Of a DNA stretch of 32,045 nucleotides, positions 14,984 to 24,603 are shown piece after piece (position 1 is the stretch's first letter; each line of letters opens with the position of its first letter). Position numbers and translations under genes: made by a program. A model generated the notes under the pieces. That model was not told where the DNA came from, did no database searches, and was given only the letters and a program-made list of their open reading frames with translations. This DNA is from Archangium sp. (GTDB lineage Bacteria; Myxococcota; Myxococcia; Myxococcales; Myxococcaceae): positions 1 to 32,045 of the forward strand of contig JANLPS010000348.1 of assembly GCA_031367385.1 (NCBI GenBank), in the 5' to 3' direction.

Positions 14984-15103
14984 TCGGCACACTGATTCAA
15001 GGTTGAAGGAGGTTCCCCCCCACCACTTCAGCAGCCTTGGTGTGCTGGCAGTTCATGAAGACCCGCGGCTCGGAATCGAAAGATTCCGGGCCGCCTTCAT
15101 TTT
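14984..15103 (+). ncRNA. pxr: Pxr-family small regulatory RNA (myxobacterial developmental checkpoint)
   Basis: Long stem GGCACAC..CAAGG.TTGAAG / CTTCAG..CCTTG.GTGTGCT enclosing GAGGTTCCCCCCCACCA (7-C run at 15015-15021), then a GAAA-loop terminator. The sigma-54 promoter and position after an NtrC gene match the Myxococcus pxr locus as I recall it. The 5' end is inferred from the promoter. Confidence 0.85.
15065..15103 (+). terminator. Intrinsic terminator of the sRNA, overlapping the stop of the convergent gene
   Basis: GCGGCTCGGAATC-GAAA-GATTCCGGGCCGC (13-bp stem with one G-U pair) followed by CTTCATTTT. Confidence 0.8.
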
Positions 15104-15567
15104 GAGCTCTTGGCGCGACCCAGCGGCTTCTTCGCAGACGCCTTCTTCGCAGGGCTGCTCTTTTTCGAGCCACGGCCGACCGTTTTCTTCGCAGTGGGGG
15201 CGGGCACCGCTGTCTCTTGGGTCGGTGCAGGGCGCGGGGCAGACACCTTGGGTTTGACCTTCGAGGCGTCGGGCGCCGTCGGTTTTTCAGACGGTGGTAC
15301 GAGCGGCTTGGCCACCACGTCTTTGAGCACGACCTCGGCTTTTTTCACGCCGGCGTCGACGTAACCGGCGAGCTCTTCGGCCGTCTTCTTGGCCCAGCCT
15401 GAGACTTCGGCCAACCCCTCTTTGATTTTCTTGGCGCGCTCGGGGTCTTTGGCCTCTGCCATCAGCCGCTCGGCTTCTTGCTTCATTTCGGCCCCGGCGC
15501 GCTTGAAATCGTCGCCGGTCTTCTTGAGAAATGCCTTCAGCTTCGAGTCCCACGGAGAGTCTGACAT
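15097..15567 (-). CDS. Hypothetical protein: amphipathic helical N-terminus and Lys/Ala/Pro-rich histone-like tail
   Basis: WDSKLKAFLKKTGDDFKRAGAEMKQEAERLMAEAKDPER...AKKTVGRGSKKSSPAKKASAKKPLGRAK. Confidence 0.75.
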   Translation of the reverse strand: MSDSPWDSKLKAFLKKTGDDFKRAGAEMKQEAERLMAEAKDPERAKKIKEGLAEVSGWAKKTAEELAGYVDAGVKKAEVVLKDVVAKPLVPPSEKPTAPDASKVKPKVSAPRPAPTQETAVPAPTAKKTVGRGSKKSSPAKKASAKKPLGRAKSSK

Positions 15568-15715
15568 GAGGCCACCCATATAGCGTGAGCGGCCTCAACG
15601 CACGGGGGAGGCGGGCATTTCGACCGGTCGCAGACAGACCGCGGGCATCTGGTATGTCTCCTCGTCTAAGACCGCGACCGCACCGCATGGTGGGCAGACG
15701 AAGAAGTTCGGGGTC

Positions 15716-16486
15716 TTGAAAGGGCAGACTGGTTTGGCACGATTGGTTCGCCACTTCGTCGAGGAGCCACGAACGTGCTCCTACTTGCCGGCGCTCAAGG
15801 CGTCGCTCGAGTACCGGCTGATGGTCGACGTGAGCCCGGTCGAGCTCGAGTCGCTCTTGGTTCGAGGCTGGCGCCGCTTCGGCCCGGCGTACTTTCGCCC
15901 CGCCTGCCAGCACTGCAACGAGTGCCTCTCGATTCGGCTCGACGTGCACCGGTTTCTGCCTTCGGAGAGCCAGAAGAAAGCCCTGCGCCGCAGCAAGCGC
16001 TTTCGGGTCGAGCTCAACCGCCCGCGCCTCGATGACGCGCGGCTCGAATTGCACGCCCAGTGGCATCGCACCCGCGAGAACGCCCGGGGCTGGGAGCCGA
16101 CCAGCCTGTCAGAAGACGAGTACGCGACGCAGTTCGCTTTTCCCTCGTCGACCGGGCGCGAGATGGCCTGGTACGACGGCGAGCGGCTGATGGCGCTGGG
16201 GCTGGTCGACCTGACGGCGAATTGCTTGAGCGCCGCGTATTTTTTCTATCACCCCGACATCGCCCGGCTTTCTCCAGGCGTCGCCAATGTCATGCAATGT
16301 GTGGAGATGGCCCGCGAGCTCGGCTGCCAACACGTCTACCTGGGCTATCGGGTGCAAGACTGCCCGTCGCTCACCTACAAGGGCCGGTTCTCACCGCACG
16401 AACTGCTCGAGGGGAGGCCCAGTGATCAGCAGGCCGCGGTGTGGCGCGAAGCGGTGCCGCTGCCGATCAGCAGCGCTCCTGAGTGA
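15716..16486 (+). CDS. bpt: Ate/Bpt-family aminoacyl-tRNA--protein transferase (N-end rule)
   Basis: CSYLP, LLVRGWRRFG..YFRPAC..C.EC.SIR, F.PSESQKKALRR, LSAAYFFYHPD...SPG, HVYLGYRVQDCPSLTYK..F.PHE. The true start may be TTG 15734. Confidence 0.88.
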   Translation: MKGQTGLARLVRHFVEEPRTCSYLPALKASLEYRLMVDVSPVELESLLVRGWRRFGPAYFRPACQHCNECLSIRLDVHRFLPSESQKKALRRSKRFRVELNRPRLDDARLELHAQWHRTRENARGWEPTSLSEDEYATQFAFPSSTGREMAWYDGERLMALGLVDLTANCLSAAYFFYHPDIARLSPGVANVMQCVEMARELGCQHVYLGYRVQDCPSLTYKGRFSPHELLEGRPSDQQAAVWREAVPLPISSAPE

Positions 16487-16523
16487 CATGCATCGAAGTA
16501 CGCGAAACTGTTGCGACTTCAAC

Positions 16524-17639
<1,116 letters not shown>

Positions 17640-17707
17640 CGCGCGCGCTCGACGCATCGAGCTCGATGCCAAGCGGGCTCGCATGCTCGTCGTCACAGCG
17701 TCTGTCG

Positions 17708-17742
17708 TACAAAGATGTCCCGACTGTCGGGACATCTTTGTA
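17708..17742. repeat. Perfect 35-bp palindrome (REP-like or bidirectional hairpin) between convergent genes
   Basis: TACAAAGATGTCCCGAC-T-GTCGGGACATCTTTGTA, 17-bp perfect arms. Confidence 0.85.
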
Positions 17743-17764
17743 ACCCTAGAGTTACATTGTAGGC

Positions 17765-18283
17765 TTAAATGCCGAACGCTGAAAGCAGCGCGAGGCCGAA
17801 CTGCGGCCACGGCGGCGTCATCGTGCCCGCCTCGCCCTTCAAGGTCAGCTCACCCGCCGGCCCGTAGGCGGTGCCATTCTCTTGGGTCGCGCGGCCGTAA
17901 TAGGTGTTCGACACGGTGCCGCGGAGCATCGCTTGTTTGTCGTCGAACTCGAACCGCAAGATCTTGCCCTGAAACTGACCGGTGATGACGATGTGGCCGG
18001 GGGTCGAGTCGGCCTTGCTGAGCACCAAGTCGACTCCGCGAATCGAGCTCTCGTCGACCGACAAGTCGAACGCGTGCTCGTTGACGGTGCCGGCCCACGA
18101 GCCGTCGGTGCGGGCGGTGAGGTTCGCCTTCGCGCTTCGCACACGGTACTTGTCGAACGAGGCACTGAAGCCGCGGAGGTTCACTTCGCCCTCAGCCTTG
18201 AACTCAGAGTTGGCCTCGGGCACGACTTGAGCCATCGCGCAGGCACACAACAGCAACACAGCAGCAGGAAAGAATTGGCGCAT
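17765..18283 (-). CDS. Hypothetical exported or lipoprotein, beta-rich
   Basis: MRQFFPAAVLLLCAC signal or lipobox; ends PPWPQFGLALLSAF. Confidence 0.7.
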   Translation of the reverse strand: MRQFFPAAVLLLCACAMAQVVPEANSEFKAEGEVNLRGFSASFDKYRVRSAKANLTARTDGSWAGTVNEHAFDLSVDESSIRGVDLVLSKADSTPGHIVITGQFQGKILRFEFDDKQAMLRGTVSNTYYGRATQENGTAYGPAGELTLKGEAGTMTPPWPQFGLALLSAFGI

Positions 18284-18317
18284 GGCGGCGGAAATGAGCG
18301 CGACTGGCGCGCGATGT

Positions 18318-18761
18318 CTACAACGAAGCGCCGAGCTTCTCGATCAACTGCGCGGTGCCTTTCTCGCGTGAGCCGGCGCTCTCGAGGCCGTCGAAGAACA
18401 CGCCTTGCTCTGTCACCAGCATGCGGGTCTTGGGGCCCGCGGGCGCAAGCTCGATGGTGACCAACGAGCTCGAGATGCGAACGCCATCGACCGACATGTC
18501 GTAGTCGTAGACGATGAAGCGACCCGGCTCGATGTGGTGATAGCGCGCGGCGAAAACCGTCTCGTGGTTGCCGGGAAAGCGCCCGTGCAACACCTCAACG
18601 CCGCCTACGCGAAAATCGAATTCGCGTTTGACCAGCTGCCACGGCGGAGGGCCTGCGAACCACTTGGCTTTGCCCTCGAGCGTGGCCCAGGCGGCATAGA
18701 CGCGCTCGGCGGAGACGGGGTAGCTGCGTTCGAGGCTGAAGGTGTTGTGAACGATGGGCAT
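18318..18761 (-). CDS. SRPBCC/AHSA1-family (START-like) protein
   Basis: HNTFSLERSYPVSAERVYAAW...KWF..., FDFRVGG, SLVTIEL...TRMLVTEQG...SREKGT. Confidence 0.88.
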   Translation of the reverse strand: MPIVHNTFSLERSYPVSAERVYAAWATLEGKAKWFAGPPPWQLVKREFDFRVGGVEVLHGRFPGNHETVFAARYHHIEPGRFIVYDYDMSVDGVRISSSLVTIELAPAGPKTRMLVTEQGVFFDGLESAGSREKGTAQLIEKLGASL

Positions 18762-18795
18762 GCAGGGGGGGTTGTAGCGCAACGAACGGCGGCCG

Positions 18796-19710
18796 CTACG
18801 AGCGGGTGTACTCGACGGCCTTCAGCAGCGCGTTCACCATCGGCATCTCGTCGGCCTTGTTCTGCCCCGCGACGTCATACGCAGTGCCGTGGTCGGGCGA
18901 GGTTCTCGGCACTGGCAGCCCCAGAGTCACGTTCACGGTGCCCGCGAAGTCGAACACCTTCGTCGCCACCAGGCCCTGGTCGTGAAACATCGCCAGCGCC
19001 ACGTCGAACGGAAAATCGTGCGCCTTGGCGAACAGCCCGTCGGCCGCGAAGGGCCCTTTCACGTCGAGCCCTTTGCGCCGCGCTCGCTCGATCGCCGGTG
19101 AAATCACTCGGGTTTCTTCGAGCCCCAACAGCCCGCCTTCACCTGCGTGCGGGTTGACGCCGCACACCGCGATTCGTGGCCTGCGGCCCACCACCACAGT
19201 CAGCTCGCGTGAAATCAGCTCGAGCTGCGAGACCAGGCCCTTGATGGTCAACGCCCCCGGCACCTCACGCAGCGGCAGGTGGTTGGTGGCGAGCGCGACT
19301 CGCAGCTTGGGCCCGTCCATCAGCATGACGACTTCACAGCCGAAGGCCTGGGCGAGCACCTCGGTGTGCCCCATGAACGCGATGCCTGCGCGCGAGATCT
19401 GCTCCTTGTTCACCGGCGCCGTGCACACCGCCTGCGCAAGCCCCGCTTTGGCCGCGGCGATCGCCGCCGTGAAATACGCGTACTGCGCGAGCCCGGTCGC
19501 CCGAGTGGGTTTGCCGGGCATGCGGTCACGTGCAGGCAGCTGGCTGACCACGTGGAGCGCAGCCGCGGGCAGGTGATCAGCGAGGGTCGCGTCGCCGAAC
19601 ACGAGGGGCGTGAGCGCCCTGCGAACGGTGGGGTGCCGCAGCGCTTTGAGCGTGACCTCAGGGCCGATGCCGCAGGGGTCTCCGCTGGAGATCGCGACGA
19701 CCGGTTTCAC
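18796..19710 (-). CDS. pdxA: 4-hydroxythreonine-4-phosphate dehydrogenase
   Basis: SSGDPCGIGPEV, TAPVNK, GHTE, NPHAGEGG, AMFHDQGL, VNVTLGLP..RTSPDHGTAYDVAG. The start overlaps the surA stop. Confidence 0.95.
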   Translation of the reverse strand: MKPVVAISSGDPCGIGPEVTLKALRHPTVRRALTPLVFGDATLADHLPAAALHVVSQLPARDRMPGKPTRATGLAQYAYFTAAIAAAKAGLAQAVCTAPVNKEQISRAGIAFMGHTEVLAQAFGCEVVMLMDGPKLRVALATNHLPLREVPGALTIKGLVSQLELISRELTVVVGRRPRIAVCGVNPHAGEGGLLGLEETRVISPAIERARRKGLDVKGPFAADGLFAKAHDFPFDVALAMFHDQGLVATKVFDFAGTVNVTLGLPVPRTSPDHGTAYDVAGQNKADEMPMVNALLKAVEYTRS

Positions 19711-20663
19711 ATCTTCACTTCGACGACCGCGGCCGAACGCAGCTCTTGCACGTACTGCTCGGTGTAATGCTCGAGTTGATCTCGCATCATCTTCTCACGC
19801 AGCTGATCTCGCACCTCGTCGAAGGGCTTCGGCGTACCCGCGCGCTTCTCTTCGACCTTGAGCACATGCCACCCGAGCTTGGTGCGCACCGGGTCGCTGA
19901 TGCCGCCGATGGGCAACGTAAAGGCGAGCCGCTCGAAGTCGGGCACCATCACGCCGCGCCGAAAGAAGCCCAGGTCTCCGCCCTCGGCCGCCGACGAGCC
20001 CTCTGACTTCTTCTTGGCAAGCTCAATGAAGTTCACGCCCGGCGTTCGCGCCTCTTGCGCCAGCGCCACGGCCTTGACCCTGGCGGTCTCGACCTGTGCC
20101 GGAGTCGGCTGCGGAGGCAGCTGCACCAACAGCTGCCGCACATGCACCTCGGCGTCGAGGGCCTCATCGCGCGACTGCTTGGCGTACTCGGCCTTCACGT
20201 CTTCATCGGCGACCTTCACCTTGCCGCGAACTTTGAGCTGAATCAGCTTCAGCTTGGCCATGTGCTTCTTCATGAACGTGCGGTAGCTCGCCAGCGTGTA
20301 GCCCTCTTGCAACAGCAGCTGCTCGAACTGCGCACCGTCGATGTTGTTCTGCTTCTTCACGTCTTCGATGCCGAGGTCGATCTCGGTGTCGGCGACCTCG
20401 ATGTTGAGCTCTTTGATCTGCTCGTCCATCAGCTTTTCGCCGATCAGCAGGTCAATCGCCTTCTTCATCAGGTCTTTACGCAGCTCGGCGCGGCGGGTCG
20501 CGTCAGGCTCGGCACGAACGCGGTTCAGGTCGGGGCCGGCGCGCAGCTCGAGCTCGCTCTGAGTGATGAGCTCATTGTTGACCACCGCCGCGATGCGGTC
20601 GACCAGCTCGGCGCGGGCAGAGGTCACGGCAAAAAGGGTCAGCAGGCACGCAAGTCGCTTCAC
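19707..20663 (-). CDS. surA: SurA-family periplasmic chaperone / parvulin PPIase
   Basis: Signal peptide, then ELVDRIAAVVNNELITQSEL and a parvulin domain FIELAKKKSEGSSAAEGGDLGFFRRGVMVPDFE...ISDPVRTKLGWHVLKV. Directly upstream of pdxA; GTG start inferred. Confidence 0.88.
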   Translation of the reverse strand: MKRLACLLTLFAVTSARAELVDRIAAVVNNELITQSELELRAGPDLNRVRAEPDATRRAELRKDLMKKAIDLLIGEKLMDEQIKELNIEVADTEIDLGIEDVKKQNNIDGAQFEQLLLQEGYTLASYRTFMKKHMAKLKLIQLKVRGKVKVADEDVKAEYAKQSRDEALDAEVHVRQLLVQLPPQPTPAQVETARVKAVALAQEARTPGVNFIELAKKKSEGSSAAEGGDLGFFRRGVMVPDFERLAFTLPIGGISDPVRTKLGWHVLKVEEKRAGTPKPFDEVRDQLREKMMRDQLEHYTEQYVQELRSAAVVEVKM

Positions 20664-20755
20664 CCGGCCGTGCTTGGCATAAAAGCGCCATGATTTCATT
20701 GCCCGTTTGACGTTTTGTATGCCGAGAGGGGCAGCCATGCGTCTCACAAGAGACG

Positions 20756-21298
20756 ATGCCGCTGACCAAGGAGCTCATGCAGCCAGTGCCACCCCGGTCG
20801 GCCATCGTCGTCGCGGCCGAACGTGGCGAGCTGCTGGCCCGAGAACGGCCACGCCTCGAGGCCCTCGCCCGGCGCCTGGTGTGGGACCCGGAGGAAGCCC
20901 GGGACGTGGTGCAGTCGGCGTGCGTCGACGCGGTGTCGCAGTGGCACACCCTGCGTGACGAGGCCCGGGTGGGCGCGTGGTTGCGGCAGCTGGTGGTGAA
21001 CCGCGCCGCTTCGCACCTGCGCAGCCGGCGGGTGTGGAGCGTCGTGGCGAAGCTGTTTCTGGTCGAGCCCGAGCACGCGCCGAGCGTTGACGAGTCGGCT
21101 GATCAGCGTGAACACCGCGCGCGTCTGGGCACCGCGCTCGAGCGGCTCTCGACGCGCCAACGAGTGGCCTTCACCCTGCGCTACCTCGAGGGCTTCAGCC
21201 TCGACGAAGTCGCCGAGTCGATGAACATCGATCGCGGCACGGTGCGGGTGCACCTGCAGCGAGCGGTCAAAGCCCTGCGCGCGAATGGAGCTCTCTGA
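20756..21298 (+). CDS. ECF-family RNA polymerase sigma factor
   Basis: Region 2 EEARDVVQSA...AWLRQLVVNRAASHLR; region 4 LSTRQRVAFTLRYLEGFSLDEVAESMNIDRGTVRVHLQRA. Confidence 0.92.
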   Translation: MPLTKELMQPVPPRSAIVVAAERGELLARERPRLEALARRLVWDPEEARDVVQSACVDAVSQWHTLRDEARVGAWLRQLVVNRAASHLRSRRVWSVVAKLFLVEPEHAPSVDESADQREHRARLGTALERLSTRQRVAFTLRYLEGFSLDEVAESMNIDRGTVRVHLQRAVKALRANGAL

Positions 21299-21300
21299 AA

Positions 21301-21873
21301 ATGACGACACCTGGTGAGGTCACGATGGGTTGCGACGATATTCAGCAGTGCCTGCTCGATGAGACGCTGCCCCGCTTCGAGGGGCTGACAGAGCACGTCT
21401 CGGCCTGCCCACGGTGCCTGCCGTTCTCGCAGTCGCTCTCCGAGGCTCGGCAGCTGCGCGGCCTGGTGCCCGCCCCCGGCCGCCGGGTGCCGGTGGCCAA
21501 GACGAAACGGCGCCTGCAGCTCACGGCCGCGATGGCGTTGATCGCCGCGGGCATCGGCACCCAGGTCAGCTTGGGGCACGACTGGCTGACGCGGCGGCAC
21601 CACGCGAGCCCGCAAGTGCAGGCGCAGGCGCACGAGAACCGCGCGATACCCGTGGTCGCCAGCGATGAAGACGACGCCCAAGCCTGGAGCGCGCTGCGTG
21701 AGCTCACTCGCGAAACCAGCGCGGAGACACGTCGAAACCCACGCGTTGATGACCCCGCGACCCAACCCTTCGGAGCGCTCTCCAGTTGGGTCGCCCCGCA
21801 CGCCACCTCACCGCTGCGCTCGCTCAATCTGGGCGCTGCCAACACCCGAATCATGCTCACCTCGGAGGACTAA
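21301..21873 (+). CDS. Putative zinc-finger (ZAS, HxxxCxxC) membrane anti-sigma factor
   Basis: MGCDDIQ...EHVSACPRC, followed by a hydrophobic segment LTAAMALIAAGIG. Starts 2 nt after the ECF stop. Confidence 0.75.
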   Translation: MTTPGEVTMGCDDIQQCLLDETLPRFEGLTEHVSACPRCLPFSQSLSEARQLRGLVPAPGRRVPVAKTKRRLQLTAAMALIAAGIGTQVSLGHDWLTRRHHASPQVQAQAHENRAIPVVASDEDDAQAWSALRELTRETSAETRRNPRVDDPATQPFGALSSWVAPHATSPLRSLNLGAANTRIMLTSED

Positions 21874-21877
21874 CCCC

Positions 21878-22444
21878 ATGAACCGATTCATCGTTTTGCT
21901 CTCGCTGACCGTCGCCACCCTGGCCCTTGCCCAACCACGATCACCCGTTGCGCCGATGCCTCCGATGGCACCACTCCCTCCGCTGCCGCCGCGGTGGGGC
22001 ATGGGCGGGTTGTTCTCGGCGCCGGGCATACCGCCTGCCGTCGCGCAGAAGCTCGGCATCTCGGCTGAAGTGGCGAAGAAGGTGCGAGATCAGGCCTTCG
22101 AGTCGAATGATCAGCTGATCGGGCTCGAAGCCGACCTCAAGCGCGCGCAGCTCGACCTGGAGCGCGTGCTCTCGGCCACTTCTCCCGACGAAGCGACCGT
22201 TCTGGGCAAGCTCGAGGTGGTGAACAAGACCGAGCTCGCCGTTCGCAAGAACCGCATGTCATTGCTGCTGCGCATTCGCGCCACGCTGGGCCCCACCCTG
22301 TGGGAGAAATTGCAGGCAGAGCTGGGCATGAGCACCAGCGACGAAGGCCAGATGATCTCGGGCGGCGGTCGTCGCGAGCTCAAGGTGATTCGAAAGATCA
22401 ACGGCAAGGGCGAGGTCGAGACCGAAGAGATTCACGGCGAGTGA
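21878..22444 (+). CDS. Spy/CpxP/ZraP-like periplasmic protein
   Basis: Signal peptide, Pro/Met-rich segment, KLGISAE..KKVR, a coiled coil, then LLRIRATLGPTLWEKL (LTxxQ-like). RBS GGAGG. Confidence 0.75.
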   Translation: MNRFIVLLSLTVATLALAQPRSPVAPMPPMAPLPPLPPRWGMGGLFSAPGIPPAVAQKLGISAEVAKKVRDQAFESNDQLIGLEADLKRAQLDLERVLSATSPDEATVLGKLEVVNKTELAVRKNRMSLLLRIRATLGPTLWEKLQAELGMSTSDEGQMISGGGRRELKVIRKINGKGEVETEEIHGE

Positions 22445-23157
22445 AAACGAGCGGCTCGACCAGCCGGTGCTGCACCCACCTGTTCGCGCATTCGATGTGA
22501 GGCCTCGGAGATGCGCTGCACCATCGCCGAGGCGATTCGGCTCCAGGGCACCCGCAGGGCGCTCAGGGTGCGCCGGTGGTCGAGAATCACCAACGTGCCC
22601 GCGGCGAGATTGAGGGGCCACCACAGCACGCGAACCCACCACAGCTGCTGCGCGGCGAAGAAGCGAGAGAAGAAGGCGAGGTGCCGCTCCTCGTCGCTGC
22701 ACATCTGACGCAGGGCCTCGGCGAAAGGGCCCGCGGGCAGCTGATCAGCCAGCAACCCATACCAGGCGATGCCGATGACCTCGACGCTGAGCAGCACCAT
22801 CATCTTGAAGCGCAACCCGAAGGCCCGCCGCACGTGAACGAAGAGCCGCTCTGACCAGTTGCGCGAAAGCGTCTGGCCTCCGAGCGCGCGCACCATCAGC
22901 GCGAGAATTCGGCTGTGCCGGCCCTCTTCGCGAACGAGCATCTTGAGCGTCGCGCGAAACTCGTCATCGACCCCCGGCAACAACGCGGAGTCGATTTCAT
23001 GCGCGACCCGCCCCTCCCCCGATTCGCCGATTTGAAATTTTTGAAGCGAGCCAAGCACGCCCAACCGCACTTCCGCGCCAACGACAGGAGCGGAGATCAC
23101 CGGCACGGGGCGCTGCGCAGCGACTTCGAACGTCTTCTTCCAGAGAGACCAGGTCAT
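22432..23157 (-). CDS. Ferritin-like (diiron-carboxylate) domain protein
   Basis: FQIGESGEG...EEGRHS...SVEVIG...DEERHL gives the E/ExxH/E/ExxH pattern. Confidence 0.75.
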   Translation of the reverse strand: MTWSLWKKTFEVAAQRPVPVISAPVVGAEVRLGVLGSLQKFQIGESGEGRVAHEIDSALLPGVDDEFRATLKMLVREEGRHSRILALMVRALGGQTLSRNWSERLFVHVRRAFGLRFKMMVLLSVEVIGIAWYGLLADQLPAGPFAEALRQMCSDEERHLAFFSRFFAAQQLWWVRVLWWPLNLAAGTLVILDHRRTLSALRVPWSRIASAMVQRISEASHRMREQVGAAPAGRAARFHSP

Positions 23158-23235
23158 GCGCGACAGAACACCGCGGGCGTGACGCGCGGTGTGGCTGGTC
23201 TGGGCGAACGGTCGAAACCACGGGCTGAGCCGCCC

Positions 23236-24498
23236 TCAAGGCTCGATGAACGAGACCAGCGAGTCGACGCCGGGTTGAATCACCACGTAGTTGCCGCGGG
23301 TGCCCAGCATCGTGCCGTGCCCGTAATAGACGAGCGCGAAGTCGCGATCGATGGGTCGAATGATCAGCGAGAGCGGAGTGACCAGGCTCCTGACGAAGAG
23401 CGGCTCGCGGTCGACCAGGGGTTTCGAGGCATGCGACACGTCGATCGCATAGGCCTCGGCGGCGATGAAAGGTGAACCAGCCCGGCCGAGAAATGGAGCA
23501 TCGACCTCGGTCGGCCCCGTACCATCGAAGGGGTACACCCAGAGCGCATCGCCATCGTTCTGAATGAGGTTGCCAGCCAGGGCGTCGCACCGGGCGCCAC
23601 CATCGGCGTCGAGCACGCACAGGGTGTTGTGCATCGAACCGCCGCTGACCCGAAAGACCCCAGCGTCACTGACGAAGATTTCATCGCCGATTTCGCTCGG
23701 CACAGGGCTGCTGATCAACCCACTCGCCCCCAAGTCGAAGCGAACCAACGGGCAGCCCGCGTCGTAGAACGCCCTGATGGCGGTGCTCTGATTGGTGAAA
23801 GCGATGTCTGTTCGTGGTGATTGGGGCAGCGTCGCGGTCGCATCGAGCCGCAACTCGGTGCCGGTGTCGGTTCGGTGCATGAGCTGTTCGCCGCTCGATG
23901 ACCAGACCGAATTGCCCGAGACCATCAGCTGCTCGCCCTCGAAAGTGGTGTCGGGCCCGTTGAGCCGCTGCGCGTGAATCTGGCCGGCGACTTCGCAGAG
24001 CACCAGACCATTGAGCGTCATGAACGGCTGCGGTCGACATGACTGCGGCGGCACCGCTAGGTGAATCGCGGTGCGGGCGGTCTCGAGCCGCTCTTCGGCG
24101 ACGTCGAGGCGCACCTGAACGCGGCCCAGCGAGAGCTCGAAGATGACGATCAACTGCCAAACACCGGGGGTCTCTGGGGTGAAGACGATGGTCTCCTCGG
24201 GGCCGTTCTCGCTCAAGGTGACCGCGCCGAGGTACTCCGAGTTGTCGGGCTTGATCAGCTTCACGGTGACGGAGCGTCGGTCAGCGGGGTCGCAGTTGAC
24301 CGTCGGTTGCCGAACCACGGCGGTGAGGGGCCGGCCGGCGATGCCAATCAGCCGGGTTGGGCTCGAGGGCCCGGCGCCGTACAAATAGCACTGGGGGTAC
24401 GAGTACGGCGCGCACCCGGCAAGCATCGGCAGCATGGCGACCAGCAGCACCGAACGACACCCGGGTCTCGGTTGGCTTGAAGGTCGTCGTTGATTCAC
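23236..24498 (-). CDS. Hypothetical lipoprotein (Ig-like N-terminal part, beta-rich remainder); start uncertain
   Basis: VLLVAMLPMLAGC lipobox and SVTVKLIKPDN...IVFTPETPGVWQLIVIFE. The upstream part of the 714-aa ORF is only the antisense of the next gene. Confidence 0.65.
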   Translation of the reverse strand: MNQRRPSSQPRPGCRSVLLVAMLPMLAGCAPYSYPQCYLYGAGPSSPTRLIGIAGRPLTAVVRQPTVNCDPADRRSVTVKLIKPDNSEYLGAVTLSENGPEETIVFTPETPGVWQLIVIFELSLGRVQVRLDVAEERLETARTAIHLAVPPQSCRPQPFMTLNGLVLCEVAGQIHAQRLNGPDTTFEGEQLMVSGNSVWSSSGEQLMHRTDTGTELRLDATATLPQSPRTDIAFTNQSTAIRAFYDAGCPLVRFDLGASGLISSPVPSEIGDEIFVSDAGVFRVSGGSMHNTLCVLDADGGARCDALAGNLIQNDGDALWVYPFDGTGPTEVDAPFLGRAGSPFIAAEAYAIDVSHASKPLVDREPLFVRSLVTPLSLIIRPIDRDFALVYYGHGTMLGTRGNYVVIQPGVDSLVSFIEP

Positions 24499-24603
24499 TC
24501 GGCAGGTCGCTGAATTCACTGGGAGTTCCACCATGGAGGGTTGAGCGGGCGCTGCCCTGCGAAACCCGTTCCGTCGGCTGGGTGGAGTGCTCATACTGCG
24601 CCG

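Noticed and set aside
14886..15257. 123-aa plus-strand ORF over the sRNA region
   Set aside because: It has atypical composition and overlaps the sigma-54 promoter, the structured RNA and the antisense of a better gene. The ncRNA explains the sequence.
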